From the NCBI GenBank assembly GCA_965222375.1, contig CBDCTZ010000011.1:32001-96000 (forward strand): 64,000 nucleotides of DNA, written 5' to 3'. A program made the translations under genes and the position numbers. Source of the stretch: Polyangiaceae bacterium. Lineage in GTDB: Bacteria > Myxococcota_A > Polyangia > Polyangiales > Polyangiaceae. Shown here one piece after another: positions 17,904-27,866 of the stretch (position 1 is its first letter; each line of letters starts with the position of its first letter). The notes under the pieces were generated by a model that worked only from the letters and a program-made list of their open reading frames with translations, did no database searches and was not told where the DNA came from.

Positions 17904-19877
17904 CTAGAACGCGTTCTCAAGTCGCTCGATGTCCTCCTTGAGATCGTAGGCTTTGCGTCGGAAGCGAGGTGCCGGCATGCCCGCAGGGGGCGCTGGGGCG
18001 TTCGCCTCGGAGGCTTTGCGACGCTTCATTTCCAGCACCAGGGTCGGTGGGTATTCGAGCTGGTACTGGATCCCGAACTTGCGTTTCTCCTTGGGGCGCA
18101 GCGTCAGAGGCCAACGCAAGATCCCCTTGGAGTCGGGCTTGATGTTGGGGGTCACCTTGACCCGGCTGACTACGATGTCCTTGTCTTCGCTCACCGGAAT
18201 GCGATCGGCGAGCTTGAGCGACATGGTCTTGGAGGAGAGGTTCTCGACGGTGACGATGAAGGCCAGCTGCATTCGAGTTCGCGTCTTCCGCACCAGGGCG
18301 CTGCGCTTCTTGTCGAGCACGCGCGAGATCTTGAGTTGGTCCGCTACGCTCAAAAAAACCGCGAACTTCTCGCTCTCCGCCACGAAGTCCAGGTTGGTCA
18401 TTCCAAGGAACGCGCCTGCTTGATACAGCGCCACCTTTCCAGGCAAGAGCGACTGGCCGCTGGTGTTGACCATCTCCAGGGTGTCGGCGGCGTTTAGGGA
18501 TTGCTCGGGAGCCGCGACGATGGCCTTCTTGGCTTTCAGGACCGCGCGGCCGAGGGGCACACGCACCGAGCGGCCATCTGCCCGCACCTTGGTCGTGCTC
18601 ATCGCTTTGAACTGCGACGTCGTGCCACGCTGTTGCAGGCTTTGGAAAAGCTGAACGGTTTTGCTCTGTATGACCTGCAGATACTCGAAGTTCGTTTTGT
18701 AGGTCTTTTCGAAGCTCTTGCTGCCAACGGAGCGGCGGACTCGTTTGTTCCACAAACGGTTCTGCCCTTGGAACGCCGCCTCGGCACGCCTGAAGGATGC
18801 CGAGCGCCGCTCGATGCTCTGGGTCGTTGCCGCGCTGTTGCCCAAGGTCAGCGCTTCGAGCTCTGGAATGCGAACTGTGGCCGTGGACGACTGTGTCGAG
18901 AACGTGAGCTCGGCATTGTTCCAGTCCTCACCGCTTGCCTGCGTGACGACTGCGAAGGATGTGATTTCGACGGACTTTGCATCCGTGCCTGAAGCGCGGA
19001 GCTCGTGCGCGGCCTCCCAGGTCGCTCCAGGAAGCAGGTAGCTGAGCTGCAGCTGGCCCTCAGTTGGAGCTTTGCCCTGCACGGTGACGAAGACCTTCGT
19101 CTCCTCGAGCTGGGTCAAACCGCGCAGATCGTCGAGACGCCGCTTGCTGGCCTTGACTTTCGGGGCGAGCTTCTTGCGCTCGGCTTGTACGGCGCGACGC
19201 CCCTTGGCGATTTCGCGCATCTTCTGGGCGATGAAGTCCACCACCGCAGCGTAGGTGTTCACGCCGACGCTGCCCGCGACCGGTGGGTTGCCCGGGCCCT
19301 TGGGATTGCCGATCGCCACGTCCTTGTTGAGTTTGTCCATGGAGAACGCCTTGATGTCCTCGACCTGCTTGGTCTGCGCATCCAGCACCTTGAGCTCATC
19401 GTCGAGGGCGAGCAGTCGGTCGGCCAGCGCTCGGGCGTGCGCTTCCGCTTTGCGATAGCTCTTCTCCGTCGCCTGAGCGAGATAGCTCCGGCCTACCCGC
19501 ACGTCCAAGATGCGCCCCGCAGTAGTCGCTGCGCGTACTGAGCCATCGTCGACCCAACCCGGCAGATGCCGAAACGCGAACACCGTTGGCTGAGTCGTGA
19601 TCTTGACCGCCGCCTCTCTTCTGACGAGCGCTCGGTCGGAATACACGGTCACTTTGCGAATCGTGGACGAGACTTCGACCGCATTGGGATCGTCCTCGAG
19701 GGAGACTAGGCTCGCCCGTGGCACGGACGGGTCGATCTCTTCGGCAGCGGTGTTGGTGCCCTTTGCAGAAGAAGGTTGCTTCGCTGTGCTGTGTGCCTGC
19801 GCACAGCCCGTCGCCCAGAGCAGCCATGCCCCGAGACAAACCCAAACCACTCGACCGATGCTTTGCGTCGTCGACAT
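17904..19877 (-). CDS. DUF4139/DUF4140 (MuiA-like) lipoprotein
   Basis: KVTVYSDRA, Q.SGEDW, DRIPVSE, GILRW. Confidence 0.88.
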   Translation of the reverse strand: MSTTQSIGRVVWVCLGAWLLWATGCAQAHSTAKQPSSAKGTNTAAEEIDPSVPRASLVSLEDDPNAVEVSSTIRKVTVYSDRALVRREAAVKITTQPTVFAFRHLPGWVDDGSVRAATTAGRILDVRVGRSYLAQATEKSYRKAEAHARALADRLLALDDELKVLDAQTKQVEDIKAFSMDKLNKDVAIGNPKGPGNPPVAGSVGVNTYAAVVDFIAQKMREIAKGRRAVQAERKKLAPKVKASKRRLDDLRGLTQLEETKVFVTVQGKAPTEGQLQLSYLLPGATWEAAHELRASGTDAKSVEITSFAVVTQASGEDWNNAELTFSTQSSTATVRIPELEALTLGNSAATTQSIERRSASFRRAEAAFQGQNRLWNKRVRRSVGSKSFEKTYKTNFEYLQVIQSKTVQLFQSLQQRGTTSQFKAMSTTKVRADGRSVRVPLGRAVLKAKKAIVAAPEQSLNAADTLEMVNTSGQSLLPGKVALYQAGAFLGMTNLDFVAESEKFAVFLSVADQLKISRVLDKKRSALVRKTRTRMQLAFIVTVENLSSKTMSLKLADRIPVSEDKDIVVSRVKVTPNIKPDSKGILRWPLTLRPKEKRKFGIQYQLEYPPTLVLEMKRRKASEANAPAPPAGMPAPRFRRKAYDLKEDIERLENAF

Positions 19878-20024
19878 GATGATTCCCTAGTTTTGGGGCC
19901 CAAGCCCTGTCGCCCCCGCCGCAGGGGCATTCTTGGGCTCGAACGTCGATTCAGCGTGCGTATACGTTTGGGTTTGCGCTGGGGTCTGAGAAAAAGCCCC
20001 GCCGGTTGACGCGAAAGAACTCCG

Positions 20025-21200
20025 CTACACACCCCGAGGGCTGTGAGAGGGCTGTGAAGGGCCTTTCTGCGGCGGGGCTCCGGGAAAGCGGGCCATGAAG
20101 CGGCGGTCGATTTGGTCCTTGAGCCACATGACTGGGCGCCCCGTCGCGGCAAGGCTCCACTTGCCCCCCAGGGCGCGGCCGTCCCCCAGGTTGAGCAGTC
20201 GCAGGAAGTCCGATTGTGGCTGGTAGCTTTCGAGAGGCTGCTCCGCGAGCCAGTGACGTAGGTTCCGAAGCAAGACGGGGCCTTGGCGCACGGCGTACAC
20301 GCCCGCTTTCGCTGTTTCTGGATGCGCTCGCAGGGTTGCACAGTCACCGGCTGCAAACAGGGACCCGTGACCATCCACGCGCAGGGTATCGTCCACATAG
20401 ACGAAGCCTCGGGAATCGAGGGGAAGCGAGGAGCCTCGAAAGACCTGGGGGCCCACCGCACCGGTGGACCACACCACGAGGTCGTGAGCGAGTTCGCTGC
20501 CGTCATCTAGATACACTGCGGCTCCGTCGACCTTGTTTGCTCGCACACCTGTGCGTACGCGAATTCCCCGGCGCGCTGCTTCGGACGAGATTCGAGTCGT
20601 GAATGCGTCGCCGAATCCGGGCAGCAACTGCGGGCTATCCGTTACCAAGGTGGTGCTTGCCTCCGCGTGGGTGCCCACCCGAGCGTCGAGGCAGAAGGCC
20701 AGCTCGACCCCCCCAGCGCCGCCACCAACCACCACGTTGCGGAAGGGGCGCTGTAGCTCACGCGCTCGATCGGTGGCGTTGTCAACGCCGTCGAGCAACT
20801 TGGCTATGGGGCGTGTTGGCAGCGTGTGCTTGCGGACCCCCTCGAGCTCCACTCCTGCGACGGCGGAACCAATGTCCAGGGATGCGATGTCGTAGGACAG
20901 TGCCCTGTTCTCAGGCAGTGCAACTTGTTGCGCCTTGGGGTCGATTCCGACCATCGGTTCGAGATGCAGTGTGACCCCGGCTCGCTGCGCGAGGCCGGCT
21001 ACGTCCAGCTCGGCTTCGTGCCGTCGGTACTGGCCAGCGACCACCCCAGGGACCATTCCCGAGTACACCGCAACCGCGCGGTCTACGATCAGGTGCACCT
21101 CGACGCCGACAAGAGGCTCCTTGATCAGTGCCTCGAGCACGATTGCGTGGCTATGACCTCCACCCACCAGTACCAGGCGCCGTGACTGCATCTTGCTCAT
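20025..21200 (-). CDS. FAD-dependent pyridine nucleotide-disulfide oxidoreductase (SelD N-terminal-like)
   Basis: GGGHSH, YSGMVPG, GGGAGGVE, FAAGDC, KAGVYAVRQG, KD.IDR.FM. Confidence 0.88.
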   Translation of the reverse strand: MSKMQSRRLVLVGGGHSHAIVLEALIKEPLVGVEVHLIVDRAVAVYSGMVPGVVAGQYRRHEAELDVAGLAQRAGVTLHLEPMVGIDPKAQQVALPENRALSYDIASLDIGSAVAGVELEGVRKHTLPTRPIAKLLDGVDNATDRARELQRPFRNVVVGGGAGGVELAFCLDARVGTHAEASTTLVTDSPQLLPGFGDAFTTRISSEAARRGIRVRTGVRANKVDGAAVYLDDGSELAHDLVVWSTGAVGPQVFRGSSLPLDSRGFVYVDDTLRVDGHGSLFAAGDCATLRAHPETAKAGVYAVRQGPVLLRNLRHWLAEQPLESYQPQSDFLRLLNLGDGRALGGKWSLAATGRPVMWLKDQIDRRFMARFPGAPPQKGPSQPSHSPRGV

Positions 21201-21386
21201 CCCGCCGCCCACTCCACGGGGGATTCTACGTCCAGCATGTTCCGCAGACATTGCCCAAATGAACGAGCTGTTCGGGACCAAGGGACAGGTAGTGATCCCA
21301 ATCCCTCCAAGGGCCGCCCTCCGTCGTCCTGAACTTCAGCCTGGAGCGGCGCTGCGTGCTTTTGCACTTCTGCACTTCGGGCAGCT

Positions 21387-22511
21387 TCATGGAGCGGGGC
21401 GCGTTAGGGCGCCTCTCACTCTGCCCACCAACTTGAGGCTATCGGCCAGCAGTGCGACACGGCGTGCGTTCAAGTGCGGTCGGCCCCCTCGCTGCAGAGG
21501 CGTCAGATCCCCAAATACGGGATCACTTTCATCGCGTACGGCGGACTTGCCATGGCAATCGCGACAGCTCAGGCCATTTTCTCGCCTCGCCAAGAAGTGG
21601 CTCACCGGCAAGTTCTCGACGGAACGCAGTGGTTCGAGGCGGCCGGACGAGCAGTCCAAGCGGGTGACGTCCAGATGCGCCACGCAGGCGCTGGCGTCCT
21701 CGGCGTGGCCCCGGCGCAGCTCGACTCGACCCACCAGGGAAGTGATGTGGGGCTTCCAGGCGGTGTCGATGGCAACCAGCTGCGAGAAGATGGCGCGCGA
21801 CTTGTCGGTGGAGATGGGGCGGAACGCTCGGGTGGCGCCTTCGACGCGCTCGTGGAATAGCGGCACGTTTCGAGCGCGTCGCTGCTGCCAGGCAGAAGCT
21901 GGCCCGACGAAGGCTTCTAGGTCGGCAAAGGGCCTTGCACCCAGCGCTTGCAACTCCTGAGGCGTGACGCGCGCGATCGACACGACTCGAGCCGCGGCCG
22001 ACTTCAAGCCCGCGTCGGGGCAGACCGCTGCGTTCGCAAACACCCGCAGTGCTGCGTTCTGGGCGACGACTCTCCCAGCTACGGACAGCTTGGGTGCGGC
22101 ACTTGCATTGGCCAGAGCGCCCCGAGCCCGATCGCAAACTTCCTTTTTCGGTCGCCGGTGGCGAGGCTCCATCAGTCGATTCCCAACGCGGTGTAGCGCC
22201 ACCAGCCAATCCGGCGACTTGCCACACTTGGCCTCCTGGCTCTGCCCAAGCCCGGAGCAATCCAGGGCGACCCCGGGAGGATGCCCGGCTGGTCGAGGTG
22301 GCGCGGTGTCGGCCGCCGCTGCTGCATCCGGAGCGTCGGGCGCTGCTGGGGTTGGTGCGTTCGCACTCGGCGCCGTGATTTCGGGTGGCGGTGGCATCCC
22401 GCCGGGGCCGCCGGGCCCCGTGCTCGCTTGATTGGCTTGGCAGCTTGCCGTCATCAAGCCACCCAACAGGGCAGCCAGCAGAGCTTGCCGGCTTTCGCGC
22501 GCTTGGTTCAC
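21387..22511 (-). CDS. lipoprotein with one CxxCH motif
   Basis: Lipobox TASC, Pro/Ala linker, CRDCH; GTGA overlap with the upstream stop. Confidence 0.65.
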   Translation of the reverse strand: MNQARESRQALLAALLGGLMTASCQANQASTGPGGPGGMPPPPEITAPSANAPTPAAPDAPDAAAAADTAPPRPAGHPPGVALDCSGLGQSQEAKCGKSPDWLVALHRVGNRLMEPRHRRPKKEVCDRARGALANASAAPKLSVAGRVVAQNAALRVFANAAVCPDAGLKSAAARVVSIARVTPQELQALGARPFADLEAFVGPASAWQQRRARNVPLFHERVEGATRAFRPISTDKSRAIFSQLVAIDTAWKPHITSLVGRVELRRGHAEDASACVAHLDVTRLDCSSGRLEPLRSVENLPVSHFLARRENGLSCRDCHGKSAVRDESDPVFGDLTPLQRGGRPHLNARRVALLADSLKLVGRVRGALTRPAP

Positions 22512-22840
22512 GAGAGCTCTCCGTTCTTCCAGGCGTAGTAGCAACCCTGAGAATACAGGTGGGTCAGGTTTTCGTTGCTGACCCAAGGGAAACGCGCATG
22601 TACCGCGGCGCGGAACAGCTTCAGCCCGTCGTTTCGTTTCACGCCAGCCTTTCGCCAGCAATCCGGTGCCTGCTGCTGACCCAACTCCATCACCTCGCGA
22701 CACTGCGCGTCGTACTGGTCCAGTTCCTTGCGCGAGAGATCTGGGTACCGATTCGAGAGGCGCGGCTGCACGGGTTTGAGCCAGTCTTCACCGAAGGTCA
22801 TCGCCAGCTCCAGCGCGACGTTCAAGATCGCCGGCTCCAT
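22508..22840 (-). CDS. hypothetical protein
   Basis: TAATG coupling; MEPAILNVALELAM... Confidence 0.7.
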   Translation of the reverse strand: MEPAILNVALELAMTFGEDWLKPVQPRLSNRYPDLSRKELDQYDAQCREVMELGQQQAPDCWRKAGVKRNDGLKLFRAAVHARFPWVSNENLTHLYSQGCYYAWKNGELS

Positions 22841-23145
22841 TACACGAAGTACCTGCGGACGAGGAGCCAGAAGATGGGAAACGCGGCGACTGCCGTCACC
22901 AGCATAGTGCTGCGGCGGAGTCTTTCGTGTCGGTACTCGCAGACAGCTTCGTACGCGCCCACAGCGCTTACCATCAGGGCAACGCAGAAGGGCAGCACGA
23001 ACAACGGCGCCGTGGCCCAAGCGCCCCACCCGTCGAAGCCACGCGCATACACCTCGACGCCCAACAACGAAGCCAGCGGTAGCCAGAAGCCCACACGAAT
23101 CACACTCCAGCCGGCCGGCCTTTCACACAGATTGGAAATTGCCAA
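22840..23145 (-). CDS. small membrane protein (start uncertain)
   Basis: Three hydrophobic segments; coupled to the downstream gene. Confidence 0.55.
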   Translation of the reverse strand: MAISNLCERPAGWSVIRVGFWLPLASLLGVEVYARGFDGWGAWATAPLFVLPFCVALMVSAVGAYEAVCEYRHERLRRSTMLVTAVAAFPIFWLLVRRYFV

Positions 23146-23354
23146 GGGAGCCCCAGGCTACGCGCTGGACCGGGAGGCGTCGAGGCAACTAGGTCCAAGC
23201 AGCGTCGCGGCTGACTCGGGTGATGCATTCAATCGGCGGCGAAACAGTAGAAGTACCCGGCACCGGCGGCGGAATCCAAACCGGCTGCGCAGCCATGACG
23301 GAGGTCAGAGGCGCGGCGGGTCAGCGCCGCTACTCTGAGTCCGGGAGGCGAGTC

Positions 23355-25655
23355 ATGTCACGAGTCAAAGTCGCTCTGGTTGGAAGGCGCCTGGCGCACA
23401 ACGAGAACCTGGGGCTCTGCTATTTGCGCGGCGCACTGCGCCACGCTGACATCGAGGTCGAGGTTCACTACGTAAACGATGGCGAAGAGCTGTTGGCGGC
23501 GCATCGCGCCATCACCGAGCAGCAACCCGACGTGGTGGGACTGTCGCTTTCGGATGGGGGCTCAGCCCTGTGGCCTCTCGCGCTTGGCGAGCTCTTGGCC
23601 AAAGAGGGGTTTGCCGGGCACATCACGTCCGGCGGGCAATTTGCGACCTTGGCGCGCCGGTGGCTTCTGGAGCGCTACCCCTGGCTCGATACTGTCGTGC
23701 GCTTCGCCGGTGAAGCGGCGCTGGTGGAGCTGTGTCAGAACATCGAGCGGGGGAGCCCCGTCGGCGAGGTCGCCGGAGTCACGACGCGGGACGGAGATGG
23801 CCTCCCCGCACAGGTGCTCGAAGTGAACCCGAAGCAGGTTTGGCCGGAGCGCGATGAGCTCTCGGAGCTTTTGGGCCACACCGCTGTGCATATGAGTGGC
23901 TCGCGCGGGTGTTGGGGGCGCTGCCAGTACTGCGGTCCCGCCGCTCTTCACACCCTGGAGCGAAAAGACGGGCGCCAGCTGGGTACGACGGTCAGCGAGC
24001 TGAACCGTGCGGGCGTGGGAGGGCTTCGCCGTCGGGATCTGGGTGACGTTTGCCACGAGATGGCGCAGTTGTGGCACGAGAGAGGGGCCCGCTACTTCTA
24101 CTTCGTCGACGAACACTTATTGCCCTACGACGAAGAGGAAGCCCTGGTTTTCCTGGATCGATTTGGCAGCGAGCTCGCTCGCCGGAAAGTTGGCGCTCTC
24201 GGAATCGGTGCCATGCTGCGCGCTGACCGGGTGACGCCCAAAGTGCTCGAGGAGTTCTCTCGAGTGGGACTGGTGCGATGCTACGTTGGCTTGGAGCTCG
24301 CCACGCGGGAAGAAGGGCGTCGCTTCTGTCGGCCCGCGCCCACGGAACGTGAGCTCGAATTGCTGGCTGTCTTTGCCGACTTGGGCGTCGCCACCGTCTC
24401 CAATCTGATGCTGGTGCACCCGTACTCGACCCTAGAGAGCATCGGACAAGGCATCGACTTGCTCGAACGTATCCCCGCAGGCGTATTCGAGACGACGCGC
24501 ATGATGGTGTACCAGGGGACGCGCCTTCAAGAACGCATGGCCGCCGAGAATCGCCTGATCGGTAACCCCCTGCGCTATGGCTACACCTTCGACGACGAGC
24601 GCGTCGAGGGCTTTGCGGAGATCTTCAGTCGCCTGCGCGGTGAAGCCTTCTGGAACTACAGCGTTGCCTATCGCGCACACGATGTGTACCTAGCACTAGC
24701 GCTGGCGCGTCGCCTGTACCCGGACCGATTGCGGCAAGAGGGCGCTCTCGAACCCACGCGACAAGGGATCAACCGCCTCTACGTCGAGGCCTACCGACGC
24801 GGGTTGGAACTCGCGGAACAAGGAGGCCGATTCGCTGATGCCAGCTCGCTGGTGTCGGAGATCCGCGAACGGGCAGGCGGTCTCGAGCGCCGCCTGGACG
24901 AAGTGGAGCGCCGGGTCTTGACAGACATCCGCGCCCCAGAGCGCCGCTTTGCACCGATTCGCTCCGCGGCTGCAGCCGCCTTCACGTTCGTGCTGGCGAC
25001 CGGCTGCGGCGGGTCGACGGATCAAGACTCAGGCTCTGGGCCCAAGGATGCCTCCGCTGACGGCTCCGGCGGCACGAGTGGCACCGGCGGCGGCGGCGGA
25101 ACCGGCGGCGGCACGGGAGGCGCCAGCTGCACCGACACGGACATCGAGGCCGCCAAGGCCACCGTCAAGGCGCTTGTGAAGAACACGGACCCTTGCTTCT
25201 CGGGTGGTGTCACATTCAGCACGCCAGGCGGCAGTCCTCAAGTTCGTTACGATCTGATGGGATTCACTGGCGGACTGATGGTTCGAGTGTGTGACACTCC
25301 GGCGTCGAAGCAGGTCACTGCGAAGCACGAGCAAAACGTGTCCCAGGCGCTAGCTGGCAACGTCCCGCAATGCATCTACGCGGCGGGACAGTTCGACAAG
25401 TACGTGCCCATCGAGGGCAACGCCACCGATGAGGCCAAGGGCCTCGGGCAAGCGATCGACAAGGCCTGCGGCGGGCAAATCGGATTTCCGGTGCAACTCA
25501 AGATCGTCCTCGACGTAGGTGGCAAGGTCGTCGACGTGGTGACGACTCCGAACACGCCCGCCATCAATCAGTGCGTCACCGCCGCGCTTGCCGGTCTCAG
25601 CTTCCCCTGCCTCGCCAGCCTAGAAGTGTGCCCCGAGTACGCCATCGCGGAATAA
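23355..25655 (+). CDS. cobalamin-binding radical SAM protein fused to a C-terminal lipoprotein-like domain
   Basis: RBS GGAGG; ENLGL.YL and GGQFAT B12 domain; SRGCWGRCQYC; FVDE; internal LATG-C, Gly linker and Cys-rich domain. Confidence 0.88.
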   Translation: MSRVKVALVGRRLAHNENLGLCYLRGALRHADIEVEVHYVNDGEELLAAHRAITEQQPDVVGLSLSDGGSALWPLALGELLAKEGFAGHITSGGQFATLARRWLLERYPWLDTVVRFAGEAALVELCQNIERGSPVGEVAGVTTRDGDGLPAQVLEVNPKQVWPERDELSELLGHTAVHMSGSRGCWGRCQYCGPAALHTLERKDGRQLGTTVSELNRAGVGGLRRRDLGDVCHEMAQLWHERGARYFYFVDEHLLPYDEEEALVFLDRFGSELARRKVGALGIGAMLRADRVTPKVLEEFSRVGLVRCYVGLELATREEGRRFCRPAPTERELELLAVFADLGVATVSNLMLVHPYSTLESIGQGIDLLERIPAGVFETTRMMVYQGTRLQERMAAENRLIGNPLRYGYTFDDERVEGFAEIFSRLRGEAFWNYSVAYRAHDVYLALALARRLYPDRLRQEGALEPTRQGINRLYVEAYRRGLELAEQGGRFADASSLVSEIRERAGGLERRLDEVERRVLTDIRAPERRFAPIRSAAAAAFTFVLATGCGGSTDQDSGSGPKDASADGSGGTSGTGGGGGTGGGTGGASCTDTDIEAAKATVKALVKNTDPCFSGGVTFSTPGGSPQVRYDLMGFTGGLMVRVCDTPASKQVTAKHEQNVSQALAGNVPQCIYAAGQFDKYVPIEGNATDEAKGLGQAIDKACGGQIGFPVQLKIVLDVGGKVVDVVTTPNTPAINQCVTAALAGLSFPCLASLEVCPEYAIAE

Positions 25656-25688
25656 CGGGCTCGAACCCCGCCCAGGTTTGGCCCGGGG

Positions 25689-25737
25689 CGAGAGTAGTGG
25701 CCCGAATTGACCCAGAGCACGCGACCCCAAACCCCCA
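25689..25737 (-). repeat. dispersed intergenic repeat, copy B
   Basis: Minus strand TGGGGGTTTGGGGTCG-cgtgctctgggtcaattc-GGGCCACTACTCTCG. Confidence 0.78.
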
Positions 25738-25765
25738 GCCCTGATCCGCCCCTCGGTTTCGCAGC

Positions 25766-26371
25766 TCAACTGCAGCCGCCGTCATAGTTCCACTGGCCGT
25801 TCGGTTCGCAGGTGGCGACGGTCCAAGCTGCCGAGTCGGGGCATTCGTAGCCGCACTTCGCGGAGTCAGTGCTGGTGCAGGCAGCGCCTTGGGCTGGCGG
25901 CTTGCTCGGACATGGCTGAGGCGCTGTCGCAGGGTTTGGCGGAGGCATCCACTTGCCGACTTCGGAGCAGTGCACCTGACCGGTACATTCGTCGTGGCGG
26001 CGGCAATCGGGGTTGTCGAACTTCCAAACGAGCGGAGGATTCACACCGCTGCCTCCTCCAATGCCGTCCTTGCAGGTGAATGAGAAATCTACGGAGCCAC
26101 TTTGGCAAGCCACCGAGTAGCTGCAGCGCGTGCCGTCGCTGTCGCACTTGACGTCGCCGCCCAGAGAAGGCGCTTGAGCGGGGCATCCAACTGGATTGGC
26201 GCCTCCCGCGCCTCCCGTACCGCCTCCCGCCGCACCAGCGCTTCCCGGACTGTCCTCTGCCGTCGAACCGCAGGCTAGGATCGGCGTGGCCGCCACCAAG
26301 AACGAAGCAAACGCCAAGCCAAGTTTGTGTTTGTGTCTGCGCACGCCTGACCTCCTGTGTCTGGAGTTCAA
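25766..26371 (-). CDS. Cys-rich lipoprotein
   Basis: Lipobox ILAC, Gly linker, two CP..P..G..C modules. Confidence 0.8.
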   Translation of the reverse strand: MNSRHRRSGVRRHKHKLGLAFASFLVAATPILACGSTAEDSPGSAGAAGGGTGGAGGANPVGCPAQAPSLGGDVKCDSDGTRCSYSVACQSGSVDFSFTCKDGIGGGSGVNPPLVWKFDNPDCRRHDECTGQVHCSEVGKWMPPPNPATAPQPCPSKPPAQGAACTSTDSAKCGYECPDSAAWTVATCEPNGQWNYDGGCS

Positions 26372-26520
26372 GCTAGCTGCGAAGATCCAGTCTCGGTACT
26401 CGCCGAGCCAGTGCCCTCAAGTGTGGAAACTTCAAAGCAAATCTCTGACATTCGCGGCGGCCACTCGCAGACACCGCCTTGTCTCACCCTTGGGTGCTGT
26501 GTCAGCGTGTGCCAGAGAGT

Positions 26521-26537
26521 GCGGCACGAGCATTGCT
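26521..26537 (+). promoter_or_regulatory. putative sigma54 promoter of the TetR gene
   Basis: GCGGCACGAGCATTGCT: GG-N10-GC, 30 nt before ATG 26567. Confidence 0.6.
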
Positions 26538-26566
26538 TGGGCTCGATGTCTGAACTGGGAGGTCGA

Positions 26567-27208
26567 ATGTCCGGGCTTGCAACGTCGAAGAGGATCAAAG
26601 GTCGCAAGAAGCCGAAGACCCAGGCGGGCGAAGGTATCGCCACGGCACTCGTCACAGCAGCCGAACTCATCCTCGCCGAAGATGGTTTAGAGGGTTACAC
26701 CACCAACCGTGTCGCAATGCGTGCCGGCGTCAGTGTCGGCTCGCTGTACCAGTACTTTCCGAACAAAGAGGCATTGCTCGCGGAACTGGCGCGGCGCATG
26801 GAGCAGCGCACCGCGCGATTGATGCTCGCAACCCTCGAAGCGTGCCGAGAGCGATCCCTCAACGAAACTATCCAAGAGGTCGTCGACCTTCTGCTGAGTG
26901 ACAGACTCAGCACGGGGCGAGTACGACACATCGTGCGTCGAGAGGTGCCGGCCGCGTGGACGGCTCAGACCAGCCAGGCCGTAGACGAAGAAGTCCGCGC
27001 GGCCGTGGCCCAGGAACTGACGCGTCGTCCGGATGTACGCAAGGACGTTTCACCAGAGCTACTGACTTGGATCAGCAGCCATGCCGCAGAGTTGCTCGTG
27101 GAGCAGGCGGTGCTCATGCAGCCGGAGCTTCTCGAAAGCGAAGCTTTCCGCGGCCAGTTGGTCGACATCTTGGAGCGCTACTTGTTCGATCCGGCCAGGG
27201 ATCGGTGA
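26567..27208 (+). CDS. TetR/AcrR family regulator
   Basis: TTNRVA.RAGVSVGSLYQYFPNKEAL HTH. Confidence 0.95.
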   Translation: MSGLATSKRIKGRKKPKTQAGEGIATALVTAAELILAEDGLEGYTTNRVAMRAGVSVGSLYQYFPNKEALLAELARRMEQRTARLMLATLEACRERSLNETIQEVVDLLLSDRLSTGRVRHIVRREVPAAWTAQTSQAVDEEVRAAVAQELTRRPDVRKDVSPELLTWISSHAAELLVEQAVLMQPELLESEAFRGQLVDILERYLFDPARDR

Positions 27209-27227
27209 AGGAAGCGCGGCTGGCCCG

Positions 27228-27725
27228 TCAGGCGTCGGTCGTGAACAAGACGCAGCGATTGCCTTCCGCCGCGCGCGCGAAGAACTCGCGCATGCCCTGA
27301 AAGTTCTCCCAGGTGTACTCGAAGTCTTCCTCGCCCATGTGGCCGGAGTACTCGGTATCCGACAAGGTTTCGTACTGCTCTCGCATCCAGTCGCGAGTCA
27401 CGTCGCTGAGCGCTGGAACGGCCTCTTTCACCTGCTGAGGAGACACGTAGCAGGCGGTGTAGTCGTCGCCGGCGTCGAGAGCCTTGCCTCCGAGTACACC
27501 GTAGGCGAGGGGAAAAGGCCCGGATTCGTACAGCAGTTGTCCGTCCGTGAGGCATCGATGGATGGCGTCCCATGCCTTGTCCGACTGATAGGACCAAGCC
27601 TCGTCCTCGAGATACCGTTCTTCCAGATCCTCCGTGATGAACTCCACGAGTTCGCCGGGGTTGTCGATAGCCAGAGTGCGTTCTTCGTCTCGGGCGGAAA
27701 GTGCTAGGTGTACGCCAAGGGACAT
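27228..27725 (-). CDS. YfbM/DUF1877 family protein
   Basis: DKAWDAIHRCLT motif; acidic. Confidence 0.85.
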   Translation of the reverse strand: MSLGVHLALSARDEERTLAIDNPGELVEFITEDLEERYLEDEAWSYQSDKAWDAIHRCLTDGQLLYESGPFPLAYGVLGGKALDAGDDYTACYVSPQQVKEAVPALSDVTRDWMREQYETLSDTEYSGHMGEEDFEYTWENFQGMREFFARAAEGNRCVLFTTDA

Positions 27726-27866
27726 GCGGGACTCCTAGGCCAGATCGCTCGCGAAATCCACGACGCAAGAAGTCCCCCGAGGGAGCGTTGCCCTGGTAAC
27801 CGCCAGTCAGCGCTAGCTGCGGCGGCGAACGCTGCTGCCAGAAGCGAACTGCCCTGCGCTGGGCGT

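Noticed and set aside
23220..23354. N-terminal extensions in the ORF track (also 9302-10672, 37901, 53287)
   Set aside because: Downstream starts have an RBS or stop/start coupling, or mark where the recognisable domain begins.
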